Source: an uncultured Bacillota bacterium (GTDB taxonomy: Bacteria > Sysuimicrobiota > Sysuimicrobiia > Sysuimicrobiales > Segetimicrobiaceae). Taken from it: a stretch of DNA of 64,000 nucleotides. The stretch covers positions 320,001 to 384,000 of the forward strand of contig CAWDRG010000009.1 in assembly GCA_963804645.1 (NCBI GenBank). Reading direction: 5' to 3'. The notes beneath the pieces were generated by a model. It was not told the DNA's origin, did no database searches, and saw only the letters and a list, made by a program, of their open reading frames with translations. The position numbers and the translations under genes are program-made. Positions within the stretch are counted from its first letter, which is position 1, and each line of letters starts with the position of its first letter. Shown one piece after another: positions 20,187 to 30,703 of this stretch.

Positions 20187-20573
20187 GTGTATCCCAAAGA
20201 GCTGCGGTATTCGACGGAGCACGAGTGGGCCAAGACGGAGGGCAAGCGCGTGCGGATCGGCATCACCAAATTCGCCGCCGACCATCTGTCGGATGTCGTA
20301 TACATCGAGCTGCCCGCCGTGGGCACCGAGATCAAGTTCATGGAGACGTTCGGCGTCGTGGAGTCGGTCAAGGCCGTGAGTGACCTGTACGCGCCGGTCT
20401 CCGGCAAGGTCGTCGAGATCAACAAGGCCCTCGTCGAGAAGCCGGAGGTGCTCAACACGGATCCGTACGGCGAAGGCTGGATGATCCTCGTGGAACCCAC
20501 GTCGCCGGGCGAGATGGACAAGCTGCTGGACGCGGCCGCCTACGCCGCGCACCTCGGGGAGGCACAGTCATGA
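20187..20573 (+). CDS. gcvH: glycine cleavage H protein
   Basis: [12 protein letters not shown] lipoyl-lysine motif, DPYGEGW. Confidence 0.97.
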   Translation: MYPKELRYSTEHEWAKTEGKRVRIGITKFAADHLSDVVYIELPAVGTEIKFMETFGVVESVKAVSDLYAPVSGKVVEINKALVEKPEVLNTDPYGEGWMILVEPTSPGEMDKLLDAAAYAAHLGEAQS

Positions 20574-21913
20574 AGTACATCCCCGCGACCCCGGCGGAGC
20601 GCGAGCGGATGCTCGCGGCGGTCGGGGTGGGGACGGTCGAGGACCTGTTCCAGGACATTCCCGCAGAGGTGCGGCTCAAGCGCCCGCTCGACCTTCCGGC
20701 GCCGGCACCCGATCCCGACCTGCTCGCGCATATGCGGCAGCTCGCCGCGCGCAACGTGGACTGCGACCGTCTGGCGTGCTTTCTCGGCGCGGGGGCGTAC
20801 GATCATTTCGTGCCGAGTACGGTCCCGCACCTGGCGCTCCGCCCGGAGTTCCTGACCGCGTACACGCCGTACCAGGCGGAGATCATGCAGGGCGAGCTCC
20901 AAGCGATCTACGAGTACCAGAGCATGATGTGCGAGCTGACCGGCATGGACGTCGCGAACGCGTCGATGTACGACGGGGCGAGCGCCACCGGCGAGGCGGC
21001 GAGCATGGCCGCCGACCTCACGAAGCGCGCCGAGATCCTCATCAGCGCCGCGGTGCATCCCGAGTACCGGCAGGTGCTGCGGACCTACACCAGCCACCTT
21101 CCGATCACCGTGCGCGAGCTGCCCGCGGTGGACGGCGTCACCCCGGTCGAGGCCGCGCGCGCGGCGATCACCGACGCGACTGCGGCGCTGATCATCCAGT
21201 CGCCGAACTTCTTCGGATCGATCGAGGACGGGGACGCGCTCGCCGAGGCGGCGCACGCGCACGGCGCCCTGCTGGTCGTCGCGGTCGCCGAGCCGATCAG
21301 CCTCGGACTGCTGCGCCCCCCCGGCGACTACGGCGCGGATATCGTCACCGGCGAGGGCCAGCCGCTCGGGAACGCGCTGAACTTTGGGGGACCCTACCTC
21401 GGCATGATCGCGACCCGCGAGCAGTTCGTGCGCCGGATCCCCGGCCGCCTCGTGGGCCGGACCGTCGACACCGAGGGCCGCCCCGGGTACGTGCTGACAC
21501 TGCAGACGCGCGAGCAGCATATCCGGAGGGCCAAGGCCACCAGCAACATCTGCACGAACGAGTCCCTGAACGCCCTCATCGCCGCGGTGTATCTCTCGAC
21601 ACTCGGGCGCCAGGGGATCCAGGACGTCGCCGAGCTGTGCGCGCGCAAGGCGCACTACGCGCGCGAGCGGATCGCGGCGCTCCCCGGCTACGCCCTCGCG
21701 TTCGACGCGCCGACGTTCAACGAATTCGTGGTGCGGTGCCCCGTGCCGCCGGCCGAGATCAACCGCAAGCTGCTCGCGCACGGGATCCTCGGCGGGCTCC
21801 CGCTCGGACGGTTCTACCCCGAGTACGAAAACGGGTGGCTCGTCTGCGTCACCGAGCAGCGCACGCGCGAGGAGATCGACCGGCTGGTCGACCACCTGGA
21901 GACGGTGCGATGA
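20570..21913 (+). CDS. gcvPA: glycine dehydrogenase subunit 1
   Basis: [34 protein letters not shown]. Confidence 0.97.
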   Translation: MKYIPATPAERERMLAAVGVGTVEDLFQDIPAEVRLKRPLDLPAPAPDPDLLAHMRQLAARNVDCDRLACFLGAGAYDHFVPSTVPHLALRPEFLTAYTPYQAEIMQGELQAIYEYQSMMCELTGMDVANASMYDGASATGEAASMAADLTKRAEILISAAVHPEYRQVLRTYTSHLPITVRELPAVDGVTPVEAARAAITDATAALIIQSPNFFGSIEDGDALAEAAHAHGALLVVAVAEPISLGLLRPPGDYGADIVTGEGQPLGNALNFGGPYLGMIATREQFVRRIPGRLVGRTVDTEGRPGYVLTLQTREQHIRRAKATSNICTNESLNALIAAVYLSTLGRQGIQDVAELCARKAHYARERIAALPGYALAFDAPTFNEFVVRCPVPPAEINRKLLAHGILGGLPLGRFYPEYENGWLVCVTEQRTREEIDRLVDHLETVR

Positions 21914-23409
21914 GCGCCCCCGAGACTCCCACGCGCAAGCCCTCCCTGTTCAAGCGGCCGGTGCCGGTGATCTTCGAGCGCGGCACCCCGGGGCGGATCG
22001 GCTACAGCCTGCCGGCAAGCGACGTCCCGGAGGCGCCGTTCGACGCGGTCGTCCCGGCCGCCCACCGCCGGGCGCATCCCGCGGCGCTCCCGGAGGTCAG
22101 CGAGCTGGACGTCGTGCGGCACTACACCGCCCTCAGTCAGCGCAACTTCTCGATCGACGAAGGGTTTTACCCGCTCGGCTCGTGCACGATGAAATACAAT
22201 CCCAAGATCAACGAAGACGCGGCGCGGCAGGCAGGGTTCGCGCGCATCCACCCCTACGCCCCGGAGGAACTGGTGCAGGGCGCGCTCGAGCTGCTGTGGG
22301 AGCTCGAGCACGCGATGGCCGAGATCACCGGGATGGACCGGGTGACGTTCCAGCCGGCCGCGGGCGCCCACGGGGAGCTGACCGCCCTCCTGATGATCGG
22401 CAAGTACTTCGAGGAGAAGGGCGAGCGGCGGGCCACCGTCATCGTGCCCGACTCGGCGCACGGGACCAATCCGGCGTCCGCGACGTTCGCCGGGTACAAG
22501 GTGGTCGAGGTTAAGAGCGATCGCCGCGGCAACATCGACCTGGATGCGCTGAAGGCCGCGCTCACCCGGGACGTCGCCGCGCTGATGTTCACGAACCCCA
22601 ACACGCTCGGCTTGTTCGAAGAGCAGATTCTCGAGGTCGCGCGCGCGGTCCACAACGTCGGCGCGCAGCTCTACCTCGACGGCGCCAACTTCAACGCGAT
22701 CCTCGGCATCACGCGGCCCGGGGATCAGGGGTTCGACGTGATGCACCTGAATCTGCACAAGACGTTCACGACCCCGCACGGCGGCGGCGGACCGGGGGCC
22801 GGGGCCGTCGGCGTGCGCTCGCACCTCGCCCCGTTTCTGCCCATCCCCACGGTGGAGCGCGACGGCGAGCGGTTCGCGCTCGATTACGATCGGCCGAAGA
22901 CCATCGGCAAGATGCGCGCGTTCTACGGCAACTTCGGCAACCTGGTGCGCGCCTACACCTACATCCGGACGATGGGGGCGTCGGGGCTGCGCGAAGCGTC
23001 GGAGATGGCGGTGCTCAACGCCAACTACCTGCTGAGCCGCCTGCGGCGCGACTTCGACCTCCCGTACGACCGCGTGTGCAAGCACGAGTTCGTGCTGTCG
23101 GGCCGCAGGCAGCGGGACGAATACCACGTCACGACCCGCGACATGGCGAAGCGCCTGCTCGATTACGGCTTCCACTCGCCGACGATCTACTTCCCCCTGA
23201 TCGTCGAGGAAGCGATCATGATCGAGCCGACGGAGACCGAGAGCCTGCAGACTCTCGACGGGTTCGTCGACGCGATGCTCGCGATCGCACGGGAGGCGGA
23301 GACGGATCCCGACCTCGTCCGCACCGCCCCGCACGAAGCGCGCGTCACGCGCCTGGACGAGGTGACAGCCGCCCGGAAGCCCAACCTGCGGTGGCGGCCT
23401 GAGGCGTAG
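21910..23409 (+). CDS. gcvPB: glycine dehydrogenase subunit 2
   Basis: [36 protein letters not shown]. Confidence 0.97.
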   Translation: MSAPETPTRKPSLFKRPVPVIFERGTPGRIGYSLPASDVPEAPFDAVVPAAHRRAHPAALPEVSELDVVRHYTALSQRNFSIDEGFYPLGSCTMKYNPKINEDAARQAGFARIHPYAPEELVQGALELLWELEHAMAEITGMDRVTFQPAAGAHGELTALLMIGKYFEEKGERRATVIVPDSAHGTNPASATFAGYKVVEVKSDRRGNIDLDALKAALTRDVAALMFTNPNTLGLFEEQILEVARAVHNVGAQLYLDGANFNAILGITRPGDQGFDVMHLNLHKTFTTPHGGGGPGAGAVGVRSHLAPFLPIPTVERDGERFALDYDRPKTIGKMRAFYGNFGNLVRAYTYIRTMGASGLREASEMAVLNANYLLSRLRRDFDLPYDRVCKHEFVLSGRRQRDEYHVTTRDMAKRLLDYGFHSPTIYFPLIVEEAIMIEPTETESLQTLDGFVDAMLAIAREAETDPDLVRTAPHEARVTRLDEVTAARKPNLRWRPEA

Positions 23410-23478
23410 CGTCGCCGTGCCGGTACCCCGCCGGCCGGCGCGACGCCGGGGCGTCCTCCCACCCGCCGCTCCCCGCCG

Positions 23479-24321
23479 ATGAGCCAGTCCGAGTGGGCGG
23501 TCGCCGCCTTCGGGCTGGCGGCCGCCGTCTCTTGGGGCGGCGGCGACTTCAGCGGCGGTATTGCCTCCCGCCGCGTCGACGCGTTCGCCGTGGCCGGGGT
23601 GTCCCGTGCGATCGGCGTCTCGACGCAGATCATCCTGGCCCTCGCGTTGGGCGAGCCGGCACCGGGCCTGCGGGCCCTGACCTGGGCGGTCGCGGCCGGG
23701 GTCTGCGGCGGGATGGGGCTCGCCGCCCTGTACCGGGCGCTCGCTGTCGGCAGCATGGGCGTGAACGCGCCGATCACGGCCGTCGTCGCCGCGGCGTTCC
23801 CGGTGCTGTTCGAGACGCTCGCGCAGGGACCGCCGACCGTCCTGCACGCGGTGGGGTTCGCGCTCGCGTTGTGGGGGGTGTGGCGGCTCGCGCGCCCCGA
23901 CGGCGTTGAGGGCCGGCCGCGGGGGGTTGGGTTGGCGTTGCTCGCGGGACTCGCATTCGGCGGCTTCTACATACTGATCACCCGAGCCGGGGGCCCGTCG
24001 GTATTCTGGCCGCTCGCCGCGGCGACCGGCACGTCATCCGTCATGCTGTTCGCGCTCGCCGCGGCGAGCAACCCGCGCCTGATCCTCATGGCCGCGGCGC
24101 TGCCGATCACGTATGCCTGTGGGGTCCTCGACGCCGGCGGCAACATCTTCTTCGTCCTCGCGGCGCACGCCGGCCGCCTGGACGTCGCGGCGGTGCTGTC
24201 CTCACTGTATCCGCTGGTCACGGTGCTCGCGGCCTGGCTGATCTTGAAGGAACGGGTGTCGCGGGGGCAGGCCGCCGGCATTGCCGCGGCGCTCGCCGCC
24301 ATTCCGCTGATCGCGGCGTAG
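23479..24321 (+). CDS. DMT/EamA family transporter
   Basis: About 10 TM helices, 'WG..DF.GG', 'SSLYP.VTV..A..ILKER'. Confidence 0.88.
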   Translation: MSQSEWAVAAFGLAAAVSWGGGDFSGGIASRRVDAFAVAGVSRAIGVSTQIILALALGEPAPGLRALTWAVAAGVCGGMGLAALYRALAVGSMGVNAPITAVVAAAFPVLFETLAQGPPTVLHAVGFALALWGVWRLARPDGVEGRPRGVGLALLAGLAFGGFYILITRAGGPSVFWPLAAATGTSSVMLFALAAASNPRLILMAAALPITYACGVLDAGGNIFFVLAAHAGRLDVAAVLSSLYPLVTVLAAWLILKERVSRGQAAGIAAALAAIPLIAA

Positions 24322-24353
24322 TCGCCGGCCGCCGGCGCCGAACGGGCGCGGCG

Positions 24354-25175
24354 CTACCCGTCGGGCGGCGCCGCCTTGGGATACGACCCGAGCACGCGCA
24401 GGAACGTCGTCTGCGCGCGAAACTCCTCGAGCGCGGTGCGCAGCGGGTCCATGTCGGCGTGTCCCTCGACGTCGACGTAGAACGTATAGTCCCACGGCCG
24501 CTCGCGTGCCGGCCGCGACTCGATCTTGACCAGGTTGATCCGCCGGCGCGCGAGGGCGCCGAGCACCGCGTAGAGCGTGCCCACCTCATTCGTCACCACG
24601 AAGACGATCGAGGTCTTGCTCGCCGCGCCCGCAGGCACCGCGGTCTGGCTCAACTGCAGAAAGCGCGTGTAGTTGTTGGGCATCGCCTCGATCCCCTCCG
24701 CGAGCACGTCGAGCTCGTACAGGGTCGCCGCCCGCCGGCTCGCGATCGCGGCGCAGCCGGCGAGCGCCTGCTCGCGGATCGCCTTGGCGCTCCCCGCGGT
24801 GTTGTAGTAGGGGACCAACTCCGCGCCCAGCCGCTTCAGGTAGGCGTCGCACTGCGCGAGCGCCTGCGGGTGCGAGTACACGCGGCGGATGTCCTGCAGG
24901 GACTGTCCGGGCAGCGCCATGAGGCAGTGCCGCACCCGAAGGTCGAGTTCGCCGATGATCACCAGGTCGTGTGCGAGCAGGAGGTCGTACGTCTCGTTGA
25001 TGCTGCCGGCGAGGGAGTTTTCCACGGGGACCACACCCCGGTCCGCCCGGCCGCCCTGCACCGCCTCGAACACCCCCGCGAACGACGAGCACTGCACCGT
25101 GTCGACGGCCCCGAACGACCGCAGCGCCGCCTCCTCGCCATACGCCCCGGGCTCCCCTTGATACGCGACGCGCAT
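24354..25175 (-). CDS. pheA: prephenate dehydratase
   Basis: VAYQGEPGAY, PVENS, SHPQALAQC, NYTRF, KIESRP. Confidence 0.95.
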   Translation of the reverse strand: MRVAYQGEPGAYGEEAALRSFGAVDTVQCSSFAGVFEAVQGGRADRGVVPVENSLAGSINETYDLLLAHDLVIIGELDLRVRHCLMALPGQSLQDIRRVYSHPQALAQCDAYLKRLGAELVPYYNTAGSAKAIREQALAGCAAIASRRAATLYELDVLAEGIEAMPNNYTRFLQLSQTAVPAGAASKTSIVFVVTNEVGTLYAVLGALARRRINLVKIESRPARERPWDYTFYVDVEGHADMDPLRTALEEFRAQTTFLRVLGSYPKAAPPDG

Positions 25176-25180
25176 GTCCC

Positions 25181-26242
25181 TCACCCCGCCGTGTGAAAGA
25201 CTTCGGCCATGCGAGCCCACTGCGCCCGCTCGGCCACGGTGAAGGGCCAGTAGGAGAAGACGCGGTCCGCCAGGCCGGTATAGCGGTCGCGGAGCTCGCG
25301 GCCGACCTCCTCGTACGAGCCTCGGATGACGATCGCGTCGAGGACCGCATCGGGAACTTGGGACGCGATCTCGTTCATCCGCCGTTCCGCGACCATCCGC
25401 CGCAGCCGGTCCGCCAGCTCACCGTGTCCGAGCAGCTCGAGCACCACCCGGTAGGTCGGCGTGGACCCATAAAATGCGATGCGGGCCCGCGCCCGGTCGA
25501 CGGCCGCGCGGAGCTCGTCGGGGGTATCGCCCGCCGCGAGCATGACCGGGACCACAATCGCGACCTCGCCGCGCTGCCGCCCGGCGCGCGCCAGTCCTTC
25601 GGCGATATGCGGCAACACGAACTCTTTCAAATACGGGATTGAATGCATCGGGTGCACGATGAATCCGTCGGCCGCCTCACCGGCCAGGCGGCACAACCCC
25701 TCGTTCACGCCTGCGATCAGAACGGGAATGCGCGGGTGCGCGTTCGGACCCGGGTTGAAGAACGGACCCATCAGGTTGATGTTGTAGTGGACGCCCGAGA
25801 CCCGAAGCGGCGCGCCGTCCTGCCAGGTGCGCCAGATCGCCCGGAGCGCCTGGATGTACTCGCGGAGCTTCGGGACCGGCGGGTCCCACGGCATGCCGAA
25901 GCGGCGCTCGATATGGGCGCGGACCTGGGTGCCGAGCCCGAGCAGGAACCGCCCCCCCGAGAGCCGGCTCAGGTCCCACGCCGTCTGCGCCGTGATCATC
26001 GGACTCCGCGCGAACGCGACGGCGATGCCCGTGCCGAGCTCGAGGCGGGTCGTCGCCTGCGCGGCGATCGCGAGCGCCACGAACGGGTTGTGCTGGGTGT
26101 CATTGGCCCACAGCCCGCGGAACCCCGTCTCCTCGGCGATGCGCGCGGTCGCGGGCGCCTCCTCCAGCGCCTCCATCGCGAGCGCGCAGTCCAGAACCGG
26201 CGGCCGCGCGCCGGCGGGCGGCACGCGACTCGCTACGTCCAT
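25181..26242 (-). CDS. LLM-class (probably F420-dependent) oxidoreductase
   Basis: 'GTGIAVAFARSPM..A..AWDL..LSGGRF.LGLGTQV..HI.RRF', 'FYGSTP.Y'. Confidence 0.88.
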   Translation of the reverse strand: MDVASRVPPAGARPPVLDCALAMEALEEAPATARIAEETGFRGLWANDTQHNPFVALAIAAQATTRLELGTGIAVAFARSPMITAQTAWDLSRLSGGRFLLGLGTQVRAHIERRFGMPWDPPVPKLREYIQALRAIWRTWQDGAPLRVSGVHYNINLMGPFFNPGPNAHPRIPVLIAGVNEGLCRLAGEAADGFIVHPMHSIPYLKEFVLPHIAEGLARAGRQRGEVAIVVPVMLAAGDTPDELRAAVDRARARIAFYGSTPTYRVVLELLGHGELADRLRRMVAERRMNEIASQVPDAVLDAIVIRGSYEEVGRELRDRYTGLADRVFSYWPFTVAERAQWARMAEVFHTAG

Positions 26243-26356
26243 GTCATGACCCAAACCGCGGGCCTCGACGGCGCCGCGCGCGTGCGCCCCGCTCCCCGGG
26301 AGACACGTCGCGCGTCCGAGATACGTGATCCTTCATCCCCGCTCCCCTCCCTCGAT

Positions 26357-27136
26357 CTACGCACGCCGGCCCGCAGTCATCCCGCCGTCAATGACAAACG
26401 GCGCCCCGGTCACAAACGCGGCATCGTCCGACGCAAGGTACAGCGCCGCCGCCGCGATCTCCTCGGGGCGGCCCAGGCGGCCGGCGAGTTGCCGCTCCTT
26501 GATCCGCTCGAGCGCCGCGTCCGGATCCGCGTACGATGTCTTGAGGTACCGCTCGACAAACGGCGTGTACACCGTGCCCGGGCACAGCGCGTTCACGCGG
26601 ATCTGCTGCGGCACATAGTCCACCGCCATCGCGCGCGTCAGCGCGAGCACGGCGCCCTTCGTGGCGGAGTACGCCGCGCGCCGTTCCAGGCCGAACAGCG
26701 CGGCGCCCGAGGACATGTTGATGATGCATCCACCGCCCCGCGCGAGCATGTGCGGCAGCACGTACTTCGCCATGAGGAACACTCCGCGCAGGTTCACGGC
26801 GACGACGCGGTCCCACTCGTCCTCCGGGACCTCGTGGAGCATCCCGACGTGGCTCACGCCGGCGTTGTTGAAGAGGATATCGATGCGCCCGTGCCACGCG
26901 GCGACGGCATCGGCGGCGCGCCGCGCGTCGCGGGACACGGACACGTCGGCGTGGACCCAGAGGGCGTCCCCGCCCCCTTGCACGATCTCGCGAACGGTCT
27001 CTCGCGCCCCGGCCTCGTCCACGTCAACCACACCGACCGAGGCGCCCTCACGGGCGAACAGCGCGGCCGTCGCCCGTCCGATGCCGGAGCCCGCCCCGGT
27101 AATCAACGCCACCCGTCCAGCCAGCCGCGTCATCAC
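26357..27136 (-). CDS. short-chain dehydrogenase/reductase
   Basis: TGAGSGIG, NNAG, YSATK. Confidence 0.93.
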   Translation of the reverse strand: MMTRLAGRVALITGAGSGIGRATAALFAREGASVGVVDVDEAGARETVREIVQGGGDALWVHADVSVSRDARRAADAVAAWHGRIDILFNNAGVSHVGMLHEVPEDEWDRVVAVNLRGVFLMAKYVLPHMLARGGGCIINMSSGAALFGLERRAAYSATKGAVLALTRAMAVDYVPQQIRVNALCPGTVYTPFVERYLKTSYADPDAALERIKERQLAGRLGRPEEIAAAALYLASDDAAFVTGAPFVIDGGMTAGRRA

Positions 27137-27363
27137 GCCTCCTTAGATTCTCTGGCCGCCCGACCCCTCGGCGCGCAAATGGTGCCGTGGGGTGGGGATC
27201 GTCGGAAGTTCTGCCACGGATAGCCGCTGGCCTGCGTCTCCACGCTCCACCCCCCCGCTTCCGGAGAATTGCTCCGCAATTGGCATCGAAAATTCACGTC
27301 CGGAAGAGAAAAACGTCGCCCGAATGACTACAAATGCAAAATTGGATGATTTGGGTGCTATCA

Positions 27364-27410
27364 GTACATACGTTCGTATTTATCGGTTTTGATATACCGT
27401 ACATAAGTTC
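27364..27410. promoter_or_regulatory. two LexA (SOS) box-like sites upstream of lexA
   Basis: GTACATACGTTC (27364-27375) and GTACATAAGTTC (27399-27410), one mismatch each to GAAC-N4-GTTC. Confidence 0.75.
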
Positions 27411-27465
27411 GATATCATAGGGTTGGGAAACAAAACAGCAAGAGATGCGATTCGGGAGGTCAGGG

Positions 27466-28101
27466 ATGGCAAAGGCTCGCGCCCTCACTCGCAGACAGCG
27501 GCAGATCCTGGACTACCTGTGCAAGGAAGTTCAGGGCAAGGGCTTCGCGCCGTCTGTCCGAGAGATCGGAGAAGCGCTCGGGATGAGGTCTCCATCGACG
27601 GTGCATCAGCATCTCGTCGCGCTCGAGCAGAAGGGCTGCGTGAGACGGCACGGAGAGCGGATGCGCGCCCTGGAGGTCGTGGACAAGGCGCTGATCCAAT
27701 CGGGCGACAGCGTCTCCCTCCCCCTGGTCGGCCGTGTGTCCGCCGGCACGCCGATCCTGGCCGAGGAACACATCGAGGAACACATCGAGGTGCCGCGCCG
27801 TTTCTTAGGGGACGTCCGCGGGTGCTTTCTGCTTCGAGTGCGCGGCGACAGCATGGTCGGAGCCGGCATCATGCCGAACGACGTAGTGGTCGTCAGGCGA
27901 CAGGCCGTCGCCTCTCCCGGGGAGATCATCGTGGCGCTCCTGGAAGACGAGGCGACCGTCAAGACGCTCGCGCTCAACGAAGGCACTCCGGTGCTCATGC
28001 CGGCCAACCCAGCGTACCAGCCGATTCGAAAGGAGTTCCAGATCGTCGGTCGGGTCGTCGGGCTCATCCGGGCCTATCAGGGAGGACTGACATGGTCGTA
28101 A
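27466..28101 (+). CDS. lexA: SOS repressor LexA
   Basis: 'PSVREI...G..S.STV..HL..LE.KG' wHTH, Ala-Gly cleavage site VSAG, GDSM, ATVK. Confidence 0.96.
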   Translation: MAKARALTRRQRQILDYLCKEVQGKGFAPSVREIGEALGMRSPSTVHQHLVALEQKGCVRRHGERMRALEVVDKALIQSGDSVSLPLVGRVSAGTPILAEEHIEEHIEVPRRFLGDVRGCFLLRVRGDSMVGAGIMPNDVVVVRRQAVASPGEIIVALLEDEATVKTLALNEGTPVLMPANPAYQPIRKEFQIVGRVVGLIRAYQGGLTWS

Positions 28102-28367
28102 GCACAGCACACTGGACACGTTCGACAGCGGTCCGGCAGGTGGGTACGCCACGCCGTCGGAGACCGGTTCGGCGCCACCTCGCGGTCGTGCGACCCGTCC
28201 ACGCCGCCTCCAGCAGTGCCGCGTGGGTGCCGGCGCAGCCCTCCGGCGAGATGACGGTCGCGCGGTTCCTGCGGCTGTTCGCGGACGACCAAAAGCTCAC
28301 GCGATTCAAGCTCTTGATGCTGGCCGCGCTGGTCATCGCGGCCGCGGTGCTCGATCGGGCGGTGTAG
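28092..28367 (+). CDS. small membrane protein in lexA operon
   Basis: GGAGG RBS at 28081, ATG overlapping the lexA 3' end, C-terminal hydrophobic helix. Confidence 0.65.
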   Translation: MVVSTAHWTRSTAVRQVGTPRRRRPVRRHLAVVRPVHAASSSAAWVPAQPSGEMTVARFLRLFADDQKLTRFKLLMLAALVIAAAVLDRAV

Positions 28368-28369
28368 CC

Positions 28370-28861
28370 ATGGCGAACGGGACGTCGAGATCCTCCAAGA
28401 CTCTGCACGCGTACGTCGCGGCCGCGCCGCTGTCCAGCGGGCGGGCCGGGATGGGAGTCGTGTTCGTGGACGCCCAGGGGCGCGTCCTGCGGCGGATCGG
28501 CCGCACGCTTGCGGGGGTCGAGAACCAGGATCTTGCGGCGTTTCGAGGGATTCTCTACGCGCTGTGGAACTCGCGCCGCCTCGGCCCGCGGTCGGTCGTC
28601 GTGCACAGCGACGCCCCGGACGTCGTGGAGCAGATCAACGGGACCCGGGAGGTCGACACGGCGCTGATCGGGCCGTATCTCGAAGTGCGGGCGCTGCTCC
28701 ACGCATACCGTGGGGCGCGCGTCAAAGCCGACCGGGCCGCGTGGGGGCACGAGGCCGCCGCGGTGGCCGAGGCGGCCCGCGATCACGACACCGACGATAC
28801 GATCGAAGATCTGCCGCTGTGGGCCGGACGCACGACCACGCTGGAGCGCTCGAGCGCGTGA
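28370..28861 (+). CDS. RNase H-fold protein, probably inactive
   Basis: 'AGMGVVFVD..G', 'LG...VVVHSD...VVEQING...V' RNase HI-like pattern, but most catalytic carboxylates are missing. Confidence 0.7.
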   Translation: MANGTSRSSKTLHAYVAAAPLSSGRAGMGVVFVDAQGRVLRRIGRTLAGVENQDLAAFRGILYALWNSRRLGPRSVVVHSDAPDVVEQINGTREVDTALIGPYLEVRALLHAYRGARVKADRAAWGHEAAAVAEAARDHDTDDTIEDLPLWAGRTTTLERSSA

Positions 28862-28972
28862 CCGCCGCAGGTCCGGGAATCCGAAGGAACCACCCCTCCC
28901 CGCTGCGAACCACCTAGCCATCACGCGGCGCCGGGCCGCGTTCAGGCCCGCGCGCCCTTGTCATCGGAGAAG

Positions 28973-29518
28973 ATGAGCAAGCCACCGAGCGCGTCTCCAT
29001 TGCTTGACGAGGGTGAGGAACGGCTGGCGGCGGAAGACTGGGACGGGGCGGTCGCCGCGTTCCAGAAGGCGTGTACGGCCGCGCCGTCGTCCGCATTGGC
29101 CCACAGCAAGCTCGGCGTCGCCTACGTGCACGGCCAACGGTGGGACGACGCCCACGCGGCCTTTACCAAGGCCGTCCAGCTGGATCCCCGGTACGCCCCG
29201 GCGCACAGCAACCTCGGCAACGTCTACCGTGAGCGCGGGCGCTTCGACGAGGCGATCGCGTGCTACCAGAAGGCGATCGCGATGGACCCCGACTACTGGA
29301 TCGCGCACCAAAACCTGGGGGTCGTGTACAAGCAGCAGGGGCGGATCGGCGAAGCCGTGCGGGAGTTCAAGACCGCCACGCGTCTCTCGCTCCGCGCGGG
29401 GGCCCGGAGCCCGTCGACCGCCGCGACAGGGGGCCGCGCGGGCCGTATGGGCTGCATGGGCGCCGGGGGCATGTCGGTCCTCCTGCTGGTCGCGCTGGCT
29501 ACGCTCGTCCTGCATTGA
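28973..29518 (+). CDS. TPR repeat protein
   Basis: About four TPR motifs (AHSNLG, AHQNLG); C-terminal hydrophobic tail. Confidence 0.85.
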   Translation: MSKPPSASPLLDEGEERLAAEDWDGAVAAFQKACTAAPSSALAHSKLGVAYVHGQRWDDAHAAFTKAVQLDPRYAPAHSNLGNVYRERGRFDEAIACYQKAIAMDPDYWIAHQNLGVVYKQQGRIGEAVREFKTATRLSLRAGARSPSTAATGGRAGRMGCMGAGGMSVLLLVALATLVLH

Positions 29519-29602
29519 GCTCAGACGCACGGGAATAAACCGGGAGCGGGATAGGTTGAGACGAACGGGTGCATTTATCGGGAAGAGGAAGGGAGCCAGG
29601 CG

Positions 29603-29932
29603 ATGGGAGCCAAGCCGGAGAGCGTGACGGAGAAGACGTTCGACGCCGACGTGCTGAAGTCGGGCACGCCGGTCCTGGTTGACTTCTGGGCGACGTGGTG
29701 CGGGCCGTGCAAGATGATCGCACCAATCGTCGAGGAGCTGGCAGGTGAGTACGAGGGGAAGCTGCGCGTGATGAAGCTCGACGTGGACGAGAACGGCGGG
29801 GTGGCCGCCAAGTACAGCATCATGAGCATTCCGACCCTCGGCGTCTTCCGCGGGGGCGAGCTCGTGGAGCGGATCGTCGGCTTCATGCCGAAGGAAGCGC
29901 TGAAGAAGCGCATCGACGCGGCGCTGACGTAA
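29603..29932 (+). CDS. trxA: thioredoxin
   Basis: WCGPCK. Confidence 0.97.
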   Translation: MGAKPESVTEKTFDADVLKSGTPVLVDFWATWCGPCKMIAPIVEELAGEYEGKLRVMKLDVDENGGVAAKYSIMSIPTLGVFRGGELVERIVGFMPKEALKKRIDAALT

Positions 29933-30225
29933 CAGAGTCTCGGGCGGCCGGGCGCGCCCTCGGCGGGAAGCCGGGAGGACGCGCCGGGACACCGGCCGAC
30001 TGTTCGACTGCGGCGCCGGCGTTCGGTCGGCGCCGCGGGCGTTTACCCACGAGGGGGCTGGGTAAGAGCATCCTGGGCCTTTGTGTGCCCAAAACGCCAT
30101 GCCCCGGCCGCGACGACGCGCCGGAAGCGAGCTCATCCAATCCTCCCTGACACGACAGCTCACGGCCGTCCGACCCGCAGACGCCTTCGCCCACGGGATC
30201 GCCCCCCGACACGGCCTCCAGCATA

Positions 30226-30279
30226 CTTGACATAGATATTGTCATGTCTCTTGACATGATCTGCCATAAATGTTATAGT
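30226..30279 (+). promoter_or_regulatory. heat-shock operon promoter with HAIR-like inverted repeat
   Basis: CTTGACA-N7-TGTCATG (30226-30246); -35 TTGACA 30251-30256, 17 nt spacer, extended -10 TGnTATAGT 30271-30279. Confidence 0.75.
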
Positions 30280-30322
30280 GATGTTGCTACAGCGAGGCTA
30301 GGCTGGGCGAAGGGGTAGGTCA

Positions 30323-30703
30323 GTGAAGGAACGCACACCGGACACGCCGGTCTACGTGATCAGCATTGCCGCGGATCTTACCGGATGCCACCCGCGAACG
30401 CTCCGGATCTACGAGGAGCGCGGCCTGGTGGCCCCCACCCGCCGTCACCGAATCCGTCTGTACTCGGAACTGGATATTCAGCGCGTGAGACTGATCCGGT
30501 TCCTCACGGAGGAGCGAGGATTGAACCTCGCCGGCGTTCGCCTGCTGCTCGAGATCCAGGAACACTACCATGAGGAGTTGACCTGGGTCTACGACGGCGG
30601 GCAGCCCGACAGGGAGACGCGGAGACCGGCACACGAGCCACAGGCAACGAGCACGTCAGCACGCGAGAAGAACCATAGACCACAAGGAGGACGAGGACGA
30701 TGA
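30323..30703 (+). CDS. hspR: HspR-like MerR-family heat-shock repressor
   Basis: 'PVYVISIAADL.G.HP.TLR.YE..GL..P.R', 'GLNLAGV'; heads the chaperone operon. Confidence 0.85.
   Translation: MKERTPDTPVYVISIAADLTGCHPRTLRIYEERGLVAPTRRHRIRLYSELDIQRVRLIRFLTEERGLNLAGVRLLLEIQEHYHEELTWVYDGGQPDRETRRPAHEPQATSTSAREKNHRPQGGRGR

Noticed and set aside
20776..21909. 877-aa ORF suggesting a fused GcvP
   Set aside because: The upstream part is an off-frame extension; gcvPB starts at 21910, overlapping the gcvPA stop
30226..30270. CIRCE element upstream of the chaperone operon
   Set aside because: No TTAGCACTC-N9-GAGTGCTAA; the repeat has HAIR-like geometry instead
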